A stretch of 64,000 bases of DNA, from the NCBI RefSeq assembly GCF_000743755.1, contig NW_014569531.1:1-64000 (forward strand), read 5' to 3'. Positions 54,830 to 64,000 of the stretch are shown piece after piece. Position 1 is the first letter of the stretch. Each line of letters starts with the position of its first letter. Source of the DNA: Blastocystis sp. subtype 4. Lineage: Eukaryota. The notes below the pieces were generated by a model. It did no database searches. It saw only the letters and a list, made by a program, of their open reading frames with translations, and was not told the DNA's origin. The position numbers and the translations under genes are program-made.

Positions 54830-55409
54830 ATCCCATCTTACGTTGACGGATCGATGCATATCGACCTGCAGCGTATCCAGCTTGATACCATGCTAAAAGC
54901 AATTGAGAAAGAGCTTCTTGTTCTTCGAGATCAGGTACTGTTGGTATAAACGAATTCTGATAGTTTGTTGACATTTGTGGAACAGTTCCAGCTGAGGTTG
55001 GAGAAGGATGGACAGGATTATCAACTGGAATTGGAGTCGGCTTTGCTGCTGGCGCTACAAACGCTTCGGATTCTATACATCAATCTACTTATCCACAATA
55101 ACGATCTTCACTCGTTCCCTCATCTTCAGTAACTGTACGCTTAAATATGATCTATCACTGTAATATCCAAGTATTATCACTTACTTTTGATTTCTTCTTT
55201 GGATTTGAGTCCTTTGAACTACAGATTATTTCCTTACAAAAGAGATGTACGGCTCGCTTTTTAGAGGGATTTCCTTTTCGTTGTGTGTTGCAGCTGCTCG
55301 TTCAAAGGCCTAAAGGAATAGTCACTCATTTTGATCTTACATCCAAAAGAGCAGTATCGTCCCATGCTTCTTCGCCTAATGGAGCAGCAATCTCTCCTAC
55401 TTCACTCAT
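54830..55409 (-). CDS. SMN: Survival motor neuron (SMN) homologue; poly(A)-completed stop
   Basis: N-terminal EAWDDTALLD (Gemin2-binding) and C-terminal ALSQLLLAWYQAGYAAGRY (YG box). Ends QRKMG-T|TCCA-TGTTTGTT. Confidence 0.85.
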
Positions 55410-55796
55410 ATCAGAATAATCTTATCCTAGTGAATCTGACACGTTGCATTGTGACTTTCTACGGGTTTAAAATCTGTATCACTTATCATCGGAGGAACTG
55501 TATAATTGGAGTAATCTCCAATTATACAGTCTAGTATGTGGAAAACAATCAACAATCATGTCTAATCACTGTTTCACATAGATTATAAAGTTTCTAACTG
55601 TTCTGATAATTCGTGTACAAGCACCACGTACAACAGATCAACGCACTCTAATATGTGTAGCGTCCCAAATTTGGCATAATGGATGTGGTAAACTATTGTT
55701 CTATATCCTCATTTCTTTGCAGAAATGCATTCTCGAACAATATCCAGTCCAATGAGATTCGGTTTTATCCTTCTTCACAATTCTCATTTTTAAATA

Positions 55797-56779
55797 ATGC
55801 GATCTATTTCTATTCCTTTACTTACTCTACTGCTTGTTTTGGTGAACTGCCGTCGAGGAGACCGTTATCATGGAGATAGTGTAAGACTCACCGATATTGA
55901 CACTCTAACATTCTACAACAATAGATATACAACTGGCTATCGTTCAAAGTAAGAAATCAAGTTGTTCTATTGATCTTTAGACCTATTCGTCAAATGAAAT
56001 GTATAAGTGGTTATTCAAATTGCAGACATGCTCCTTCCAATATGCAATGTTACAATCGTGGTACAGATGGAAGAGACGTCCAAGTAGACTGTGAAAAGTG
56101 ATTTTGATCAATAGTGGGAATGTAAAGCTGAAATGGAAAAAGGATATTCTTTGGGACGAACTGAAGTGTCATGTGAAGGGTATTCGTATCCTGGTACGCA
56201 ACTTGGAGAGTTGGTGATTTTTAGACGATCCTTACATTCTTGCAGGTTCTTGTGGAGTAGAATTCGAAGTAAACAAGAATCACGATTACTCTACCTACAA
56301 TCATCATTATTCGAATTCATCATTCGATTGGAATCCATTTTCATGGATAACTGGATTCTTCAATTTCATTTTCTTTCTTGTTCTCATATTCTTTTTCGTT
56401 TTTATGATTGGAATGAATAATATTGTTCGTGTGATGTAGGGATAGTTTTATTGGGTAAGGGATAGAGCTGGCATTTTCAAGATCATCTTCTTCCCTGTTT
56501 ATTTGCTCACATATTGTTGCAACTGTTGTCGTGGACCTGCCTATGCTACCTATATGCCGCCTCCACCTCCCATGTTCCATGTAAGCAATTAACAGAAGTG
56601 TTCATGAATAGAATACCTTTGGAGATGGATGGATCTGGTATCATATGGGCCGAGAAGATGAACGAAGGAATTCATATCGTCGTTCGGTTCCTGTGTATGA
56701 ATCCTATAACTATTCAAGTCCTTCCGACTCGGATTCTACTCATGTGTCAACTTCTTATGCCTCCACAAAGAGACGTTAA
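55797..56779 (+). CDS. SARAF: SARAF/TMEM66-like protein
   Basis: Signal peptide, then DIDTLTFY...YTTG, QCYNRGTDGRDVQ|WECKA, VSCEGYSYP|DDPYILAGSCGVEF. Ends STSYASTKRR*. Confidence 0.85.
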
Positions 56780-56803
56780 TTTGTAGTATTGTTGTGGGTT
56801 CAT

Positions 56804-56818
56804 TGTTTGGATCAAACA
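56804..56818. terminator. Bidirectional 3'-end element TGTTT-N5-AAACA
   Basis: TGTTTGGATCAAACA between SARAF and NFXL1. Confidence 0.6.
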
Positions 56819-59169
56819 AAGGAATGGAACCAAAATTGAATACCCAGAGCAATAATTACACACAATACAATCCAAATGAAGTAACGATTCAATGATGTTC
56901 TCTTCTCTGTCTTCACATCACTTGTCTCTTTCACAACTCCACATTCTTCACCACACTCCAAAACAATTTGTTGTATACTCCGTTCATCATATCCTTTCAT
57001 CTCTTGAATATCACAACATTTCATTATATCCTTCTTCTTTCCACACATACAACGTACATGAACATCTACTTCACATCGTTCACAGCATGTCCCCTCATGA
57101 CAGATCCGTTGACAGCCATGACGACATCCTTTCAAAGGAGTTCCACAGATCTTTCCACACGAGAACCAGCCCTTCTTCTTCTCTGAACTCACATCACAAC
57201 ATCGAAATTGACGAGATGATTTCCCACAATAGCAAGGGCGTTTCACCATTAGTGTACAAGGATCACATGGACCTGCATGGCAATACACACGATTACAAGG
57301 ATGATTACAAGTACTTCGTCCAGGGCACTTCTCATGACACTCTTCACATGGTAAGGATGGATTGTGACATGGTTTCTGACAGTACTATGATCATCACGGG
57401 ATTCCTATACATACATGTTTACCACATGACAATAATCGATTGCATTTTTGAGTACAGAAAACTGGAGTATTTTTGTCACAGCAAAGAATAGAGATCATAC
57501 AATGTTTCCCTTCACATTCCTTTTCAATGCGAGTATGACAAGGAGGACAAGGATGATTCTCATGACAAATAGCCTGACAAGTGTGACCACAAGGAAGAAG
57601 AGCATTACAAGTAAGGATACATTCGGGACAATTTCCGGAATGGCAATAATGATCTTGAATTTTGGAATGATGACAATGAGATGGTTTCTGACATAGTTGT
57701 TGACAAGGAGGATAGAGAGAACGACGGAACTCCTTACAGGGAACCTCCATCGAAGTGTATCCACAGTCACACGTAATGGTGACTGTAAGTGAACATGAAG
57801 GGCAGGCTCCAGCATGACAAGGAAGCAAGCAAGTATGGCGACCACATGAAAGTGGTTTGTTACAGATCTTGATTATCAAGAATCCTTTAATATACCTACG
57901 ATTGTACATGGAGTATGTTGCCCATCACAACAGCGACGGTTACATCGGTGACGACCACAAGAACGGAATTCTTGGCATTTTTGTGTACAAAGGAATTCTT
58001 GAGAGCAGGGGACTTCAGCTGTTTTAGTTCCACATCGACATTTCTTAGAAACAACGATAAGACAGGAAGGACATGGAGGAGGATGACAATTGGCAGTACA
58101 GTGATGACCACAAGGAAGAAGCTTGTCACAGTATTGATGACAAGAAGGAGTAGGGTCTGTACAGGGAATCACGAAAGCTAAGAATCAGAGGACTCATTCA
58201 GATTCACTCTTTTTACCACAGAAACACTTCCGAGGAGGCTGATTGGGACAGGGTGGACAAGGACCTTCGTGACATGCTAGAGGGCATGTGTGATGACCAC
58301 AATCAAGTGATTTTCCGCAGATTCGACCACAAGAATAAGAAAGAGCATTTGATGTACCACAAGGAACATCTCGTTCTTCTGCTCCACAAAAACACTTCTG
58401 ATGAACTGACTCTTTACAAGGAGGACAAGGACCGTAATGGCACTTCACCTTACAGAGATGATGGCCACAGACAAGGTGTTTGAGGCAGGGAAGATTACAG
58501 CAACTCTCGGGGGACTCAATGTGTTGCATACTACAACGTACAGTTCGTCTCGTCTTACCGCATGGGCAAGTGATGGTGACAATTCGAGGACAAGGAGGAC
58601 AGCGACCTGGATGACAACGTTCATTACAAATATGGCCACAGGGCAATTGCTTTTCACAGAGATTTCCACAGGAATGGGGAGGTAACCAGGGATCGAATGC
58701 CGGATTTTCCTCCTTTCCACAGTAACAGAAATACTTGTCAGGAACGTATGTGAATTCTTGGAGACAATTTTTGCTAGGATCATTATCAGACGAACATAGA
58801 ACTTACCAAGTCCAATTTCGTGAAACAGAGGAAGCAGAAACTCGATTCTTGATTGCCTCCGCAATCTTCTTCTGTAAACATGTTTGAGCCCTATTCTGTT
58901 ATCCACATTTGTATCAACCAACCATGCTTTCACACACTTCAGATGATACACTACAAAACACTCAGGACACTGCCAAACCGACTCTTCATGACCAATCTAG
59001 AGTATTTAATAAGAATCAGCACAATACTTCTTCCAAACAAACCGAGCAGTTCATTTCTGAAGAATTAACAATCGGTTGTTGTATAATCAAGTTGGTCTAT
59101 CTACAGACTTTTGTGGTTGAATGTGTGTAACAATGCGAACTACACTCCCTTCAGTAAAATAGGATCCAT
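56812..59169 (-). CDS. NFXL1: NF-X1-type zinc finger protein (NFXL1-like) with C-terminal TM
   Basis: RING/PHD CSVCLEE...WQCPECFVVYHLKCVKAW, many CGxHxCxxxCHxGxCPPC repeats and a C-terminal hydrophobic helix. Start approximate. Confidence 0.85.
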
Positions 59170-59446
59170 CAATGAAAAAACGCTTATAATTCCTTATCAG
59201 AACTTGATATGAAACATATTAGGTGGTTTGATAACTAATAGCTAGAAGTGATACCTTTTTGAAGAACCAAGATGGTTCCTTAAACTTCACATGATGTTGG
59301 TAGTTATCAATACAATCGAATCCAGCAATGTTGAATTATAGGAATAATCAAAGAATGCAAAAAATGGGCATCATGAATTGAAATGTATCCTTATTAAATG
59401 CATCCAATAGCAATAAGGTATTTGAGAACACCACACATTTTTCTAA

Positions 59447-60495
59447 ATGAAGAGTATCGTCGTTGCTCTAACAATTGTATCATTGGTATTTGCTAGTCCT
59501 CTTCGTGGTGAAGAGAAGTGTATGTAAGATACCCTCTTTTCACGTATAGTTTGTGGAACGTATGGGGGTACCTGCGAAAGTACGGAATTTATTTGTACGT
59601 TTGCCTGTGAAATTTAATGATATAGCTGTGAAATCATTCATGATTATCTCTGGAAATATGCAGCAGGACCCTGAGGCCATGTCTCTTTCGTCTACTTCAT
59701 ATGGTGGAGAGGGTTGTCGGGAAGAGGCTCTCTTCTTCAATACTCGTCTGGTTACGAAAGTGAGTCCTGCTAACGATGTTGAGAAGAACTACAATATCTA
59801 CGTGGATGACGCTCGTTTCACTTTTTCTAAAACTTCGGTTCTTGCATTCAATTGTACTCCTGCTGTCGAGCCTGATGTTGAGTATTCGCTGAAGTGGGAT
59901 TGGACAGAGCGATTAATTGATTAGGGATCACGTTTGTCTCGATATGCAGGGTACCAATGTTTTTGAAGAGTTAGCTGCATTGATTGGTCAGCAGATGGAA
60001 GCTGATATGGTTTTCACCCCCACTTCTGTAACTATGAAGGGAGACGAACCCACAACATATGATCGTCTTAATGATGAGGGTTGCAGTGCTGTTCCTACTG
60101 AGAAGCCTACGACTCAAGCACCTACTGAGGCTCCTACTACTGAGGCTCCTACTACTGAGGCTCCTACCGAGAAGCCTACTGAAAAGCCTACTGAAAAGCC
60201 TACTGAGAAACCTACTCCCAAACCTACTGAGAAGCCTACTCCTAAGCCCACTGAGAAACCTACTCCCAAACCTACTGAGAAGCCTACTCCTAAGCCCACT
60301 GAGAAACCTACTCCCAAACCTACTGAGAAGCCTACAGAGGCTCCCACCGTGAACCCCACTGAAAAGCCCAAGAGCATTGTTGGATGGATTATTGGCGGAA
60401 TAGTTGCTATTGTTATTGGTTTTGCCATTATCTTCTATGTTGTATCTAAGAAGAACAAGAAAGAAACCGAGGAAGAGGCTAAACCTCTTGTTTAG
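59447..60495 (+). CDS. Type I membrane mucin-like surface protein
   Basis: Signal peptide [16 protein letters not shown], Cys-containing ectodomain, PTEK/PTPK stalk, [25 protein letters not shown] and tail [15 protein letters not shown]. Confidence 0.82.
60094..60369 (+). repeat. Coding tandem repeat: 12/15-nt units with a perfect 48-nt higher-order unit
   Basis: CCTACTGAG(A/G) units; the 48-mer at 60211-60258 is repeated exactly at 60259-60306 and partly from 60307. Confidence 0.92.
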
Positions 60496-60501
60496 AGTAG
60501 T

Positions 60502-60516
60502 TGTTTGTAAGAAACA
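60502..60516. terminator. Bidirectional 3'-end element TGTTT-N5-AAACA
   Basis: TGTTTGTAAGAAACA between the mucin-like gene and XPG. Confidence 0.72.
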
Positions 60517-60520
60517 CTTA

Positions 60521-63216
60521 ACAGACTCTGAAGTCGCTTTATAGCACTCAGCAATCGTTTTGACTTGATTTTCTTTACATAACTATTCTTACTATATGAC
60601 AGTAAGTCGGTAAGTCTATGAGATAACCCTTAACGACAGCTTGAACTTTGTTTGAATATCCCTATTCTGTCTCTTGATCACCGGTTGAATCATTCTCTGA
60701 ACTCGCTCAAAATCAAGAGACAAACGATTGTCACAAAAGTCTTTGAGAGTTTTGATATCAATGTCTCCCCAGCCAAATGGATCCAAACAGGTATCCACTG
60801 CTGGAAACATAAAGGCATTTACAAGATAGTTCTTTCGAACTTCATCTGTAAATGCCAGTCTCTCTATCCGTTTTCGATGCTTCCGGATATACTGTAGAAA
60901 GTCTTCAGTAATCCCTTCAGCCACATCAACACCATCAGCCATCTTACAAGCAGACTGAATTCTACTCTCAACTATTATCATAAATCCCTACTTAACTTCA
61001 CAACCTTGAAGTTCTGACATTGTAGGAAAGAAGGATATCAACTCCACAGCCATCATGGGTCCCAAATGACTCACTCCCTACAGGTTAACTGTTACTACAG
61101 TAGTTACATCACAATAATCACATCCTTCCAAAATGGCATATTCGATTATTCGCTCTCGATTCAATCCTAACTCTTTCTCTATGTCTTCTATTCTGTATGC
61201 TTGTACATACTGATTATCTAGAAAGAAGTCTTTGTAGAGTGATTTCCCTCCAAAAGCAAACACATCACTATCATTACTGATCACACCATCTACCAATCCC
61301 ATCATCTCCAGAAATGCACATTGGGCTTCCGCCTCCCCTGGAGCAAAAATAAATGGAATACCGAAAATCTTAAGAATTTCGGCAATGTCTACCACAACAT
61401 CTTCCGAAACAAATGCATTTTGGCTCGAAAAGTGTCTGTACTGCTTTAGTAACCCTTCTCTCCGTTCTCCAAGTTGTGTGGGAGATGTGTGGATAAGTCG
61501 AGCAAACAGTTCTTTTTGAGCTTCATTTTGTTGTTCGGATGGAGGAAGTGGTGTGATGGAAGATGATAAAGAATCAATGGATTTGGGGGATGATGTATTG
61601 GTTGATAATGAAGTGGTAATATTCGGTTGAGTCACTGTGATTTGAATAGGGGATGTATCTGTCTTTGCTAGAGCATCTGTGAATGAAGTTATTAGTGTAG
61701 TTGAAGGAGTTGACTGATCTCGATACATAGTTGATGAGTGTGATACAATAATACTCCCATCTGTTGAGGTATGTATGATCAATGGATCATCACTTTCACT
61801 ATCAGATAGTCTTGTTTGAATAGAACTTTCATTCCCAAGTACTTCATCACAAGGACTCTCCTTCATGAAATCTTCATTTGATACACTCTCCTTTCTTATC
61901 ACTTCTCCAGATACATCCTCCTTTCTCATTACTTCTTCCAAAATACTCTCCTCCTTCACCATCACATCCTGTTTCAGCCCATCAATTCCCTCTCTCTTCA
62001 TTTCCTCACTATTATCACCTTCCATCATATGTTCTTCATCTATCAACCATTCTCTCATGACAGGATCATCTTCCCATTCCCATTGATGATCATATCGCTG
62101 TATGGAAGGGTCATTTCCCTTCATTAATTCGTTTAGATGTGTATATAGCATCACATTATCATCCTCTTCTTCTTCCTCATCTCTCTTCATCTCCACACCT
62201 GATTTCAATGATGCAAAATACTCTTCATTCATTCGTTGACGTTTTGTTTCATACTCAAGTTGAAAATCACTCAAAAACACTGATTCATTTTTGAATGAAG
62301 GAATAGCAGTCGCCTCGTTGAATGGATCCACTTCATTGAATACACGTTGACGACCACGACGATATGAATACTCAAATCCATTGGCTGAATTGGATCCTTC
62401 CTCTGGAATCTCACTTTGAAGAATCTCCATTACTTCACGAAGTATTTGAGAACGGAATTGGTTTGCTTCCATTTGTCGTTGGCTCACTTCCTCAACATCA
62501 TCGGTGACTTCTCCAATCATTGTCATTACTCGCTTCTGCAATGTTTCACGAAGTAGTCTCATCACTGCAGGTCGCAAACGTTTTGGAATATCAAGAAGTT
62601 GAGGTGTATTGACAGCAATATGAAGCGTTTCAGCTACTATTCATTCAGTTCGTTATTTATTACTCTTGTAGGGAAGATCTACATATACAATTTCCTTAGT
62701 AGATGGTTGTTGATGATACAGTTGCTGAAGCTGTTTCTCTGAATGAAGAATAATATCTTCATCATTGCTTTCAGCCGATTCTTCGGAATCAGGAGGGTTA
62801 TTAAGAGGAGTTGGTACTGATTCCTAAGTGTCAACTAAACCACTAGAGACAACATTATTTTGGATCTGTGATGCCATATCAATAAGAAGAAGCTCATCTT
62901 TCAGGTCATCCATATGAGTCTTTGCAGATTTCGCTCTTTCTCGTCTTCGTTTCAATGTACCTTTTTTCAGAGCGGGAGCATCTCCATCAAATACAATCAC
63001 AGGCTTAATTCCATAGAACAGTAATTTGCATAGACGAAGAATAACAATATAAATATGGGCATTAGGTACAACATCTCCAGTTTTTGTTCTGGATGCACGG
63101 ACAATCTGATTCAGCCAGATACTTATATCGACTGCTAATCGTTTTCCCCTTAGTGTTTCAATGGAGATATTTCTTCCAGATGACTCAACTAGGGACCAGA
63201 AATTGTGAATACCCAT
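60521..63216 (-). CDS. ERCC5: XPG/Rad2 structure-specific endonuclease; poly(A)-completed stop
   Basis: N-domain MGIHNFW...LAVDISIWLNQ...KPVIVFDG, long acidic spacer, I-domain APGEAEAQCA...NDSDVFAFG...GCDY. The last exon reads KIKSKRLLSAIKRLQSL-T|TAAG-TGTTTCTT. Confidence 0.9.
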
Positions 63217-63299
63217 TACCCATTAAGAATATGTTTAGAACTCAATTTATCTCATGTTCCATCAAAGAGAGTACAGAAAACACAACAAAAGAACGAAAC

Positions 63300-64000
63300 T
63301 CACTTCTTTGTCTTGTTGATCTTTTGAGACTTCCCTGAAGTAGGAGCAGTTTTCTTAGTCTCTGCCTTCTTTTCTTTCTTTTCTTTCTTTTCTTTATTCT
63401 TGTTATGCTTTCTCTCCTTCCTTCGACTTTGACGATCCAGAACCGACGGATCTTCCAGCTTTGATACACTAATATTTCTTCCCAAATACTACAAATGACA
63501 CTGTAAATCTGTACCCACGGAACTACCATCAAGTTTTAAAGCTGCTTTCCTTCCCTTCTGATTAGCAAACTGAATAGCACTAGAGTAAATTTGAATCTTA
63601 TAATAATACCCATAACCAGCACATCGTCCATTGTTTTGGTGTACAATATAAAATAACTTGATCTCACCACAATTCTTAAACAAATCACGGAAACTGTCTT
63701 CTTGATAATCAAAAGAAATTCCTTTTATCAATCTAAATATTATGATAAAGTAACAATACCTACACACTGAGGTTGGGATCGATTGATTTGGATATATCCT
63801 TTTCTTCACTTTCTAATTTCTTTAATTGTTCACGTTTCTTCTGACGTTCTATTTCTTCTTCACTCATACTGTCTTCTTCGCTTGTATTCTCTTGTTCTTC
63901 CTCATGTATGTTTGGTATCTCTTCCTTGTCCTCTTCCTCATCCTCATTATTCCCCTCCTCCATCTCTTCCTCGTCCTCTTCATTCTCCTCCTCATTCTCT
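63300..64000 (-). CDS. Acidic-tract + RRM + Lys-rich tail protein (probably nucleolar), 5' partial
   Basis: E/D-rich region, RRM (IKGISFDYQED...AGYG|AIQF...AALKLDG) and K-rich tail ending in TGA at 63300-63302. Confidence 0.7.

Noticed and set aside
56892..58685. His/Thr/Met-rich plus-strand ORFs
   Set aside because: Antisense shadows of the Cys/His-rich NFXL1 repeats.
60094..60369. CRISPR-like or mobile-element repeat
   Set aside because: No unique spacers; it is an in-frame coding repeat in a eukaryotic gene, with no cas or transposase nearby.
60059..60428. Alternative-frame and antisense ORFs (LLRSLL.., VGFSVGLG..)
   Set aside because: Shadows of the PTEK tandem repeat.
14321..63216. 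DNA-repair gene cluster (MutY, RadA, XPG)
   Set aside because: The genes are spread over ~49 kb among unrelated genes, consistent with chance.

Overview
Gene-dense eukaryotic nuclear DNA, most likely from the anaerobic gut stramenopile Blastocystis (inference). Three signatures support this: very many ~30-nt GT-AG introns, intergenic spacers often under 100 bp, and a TGTTTGTT-like motif just after most gene ends, with several ORFs lacking a genomic stop that polyadenylation would complete. About 31 protein genes can be supported: RPS6 (3' end), katanin p60, a Rim15/IRE/Greatwall-type kinase, DEPDC5/Iml1, an ARM protein, a minimal Acinus, a stand-alone flavodoxin, a bacterial-type aspartate racemase, MutY, a tandem double cathepsin Z, CstF-77, an AP sigma subunit, eIF4E, a MORN-like+LRR+CaaX protein, THOC2, PITP, two glycosyltransferases, a FYVE protein, a folate/FAD-type carrier, UTP20, RadA/Sms, a putative GPI-anchored subtilisin, IPC synthase, SMN, SARAF, NFXL1, a mucin-like surface protein, XPG, an RRM protein and two hypotheticals. 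The most striking unexplained pattern is at convergent gene junctions: at 5 of 9, the two opposite-strand 3'-end motifs form a 15-bp inverted repeat with fixed spacing, TGTTT-N5-AAACA. CDS coordinates are gene spans including introns, read by eye; 5' ends are less certain. No database searches were run.
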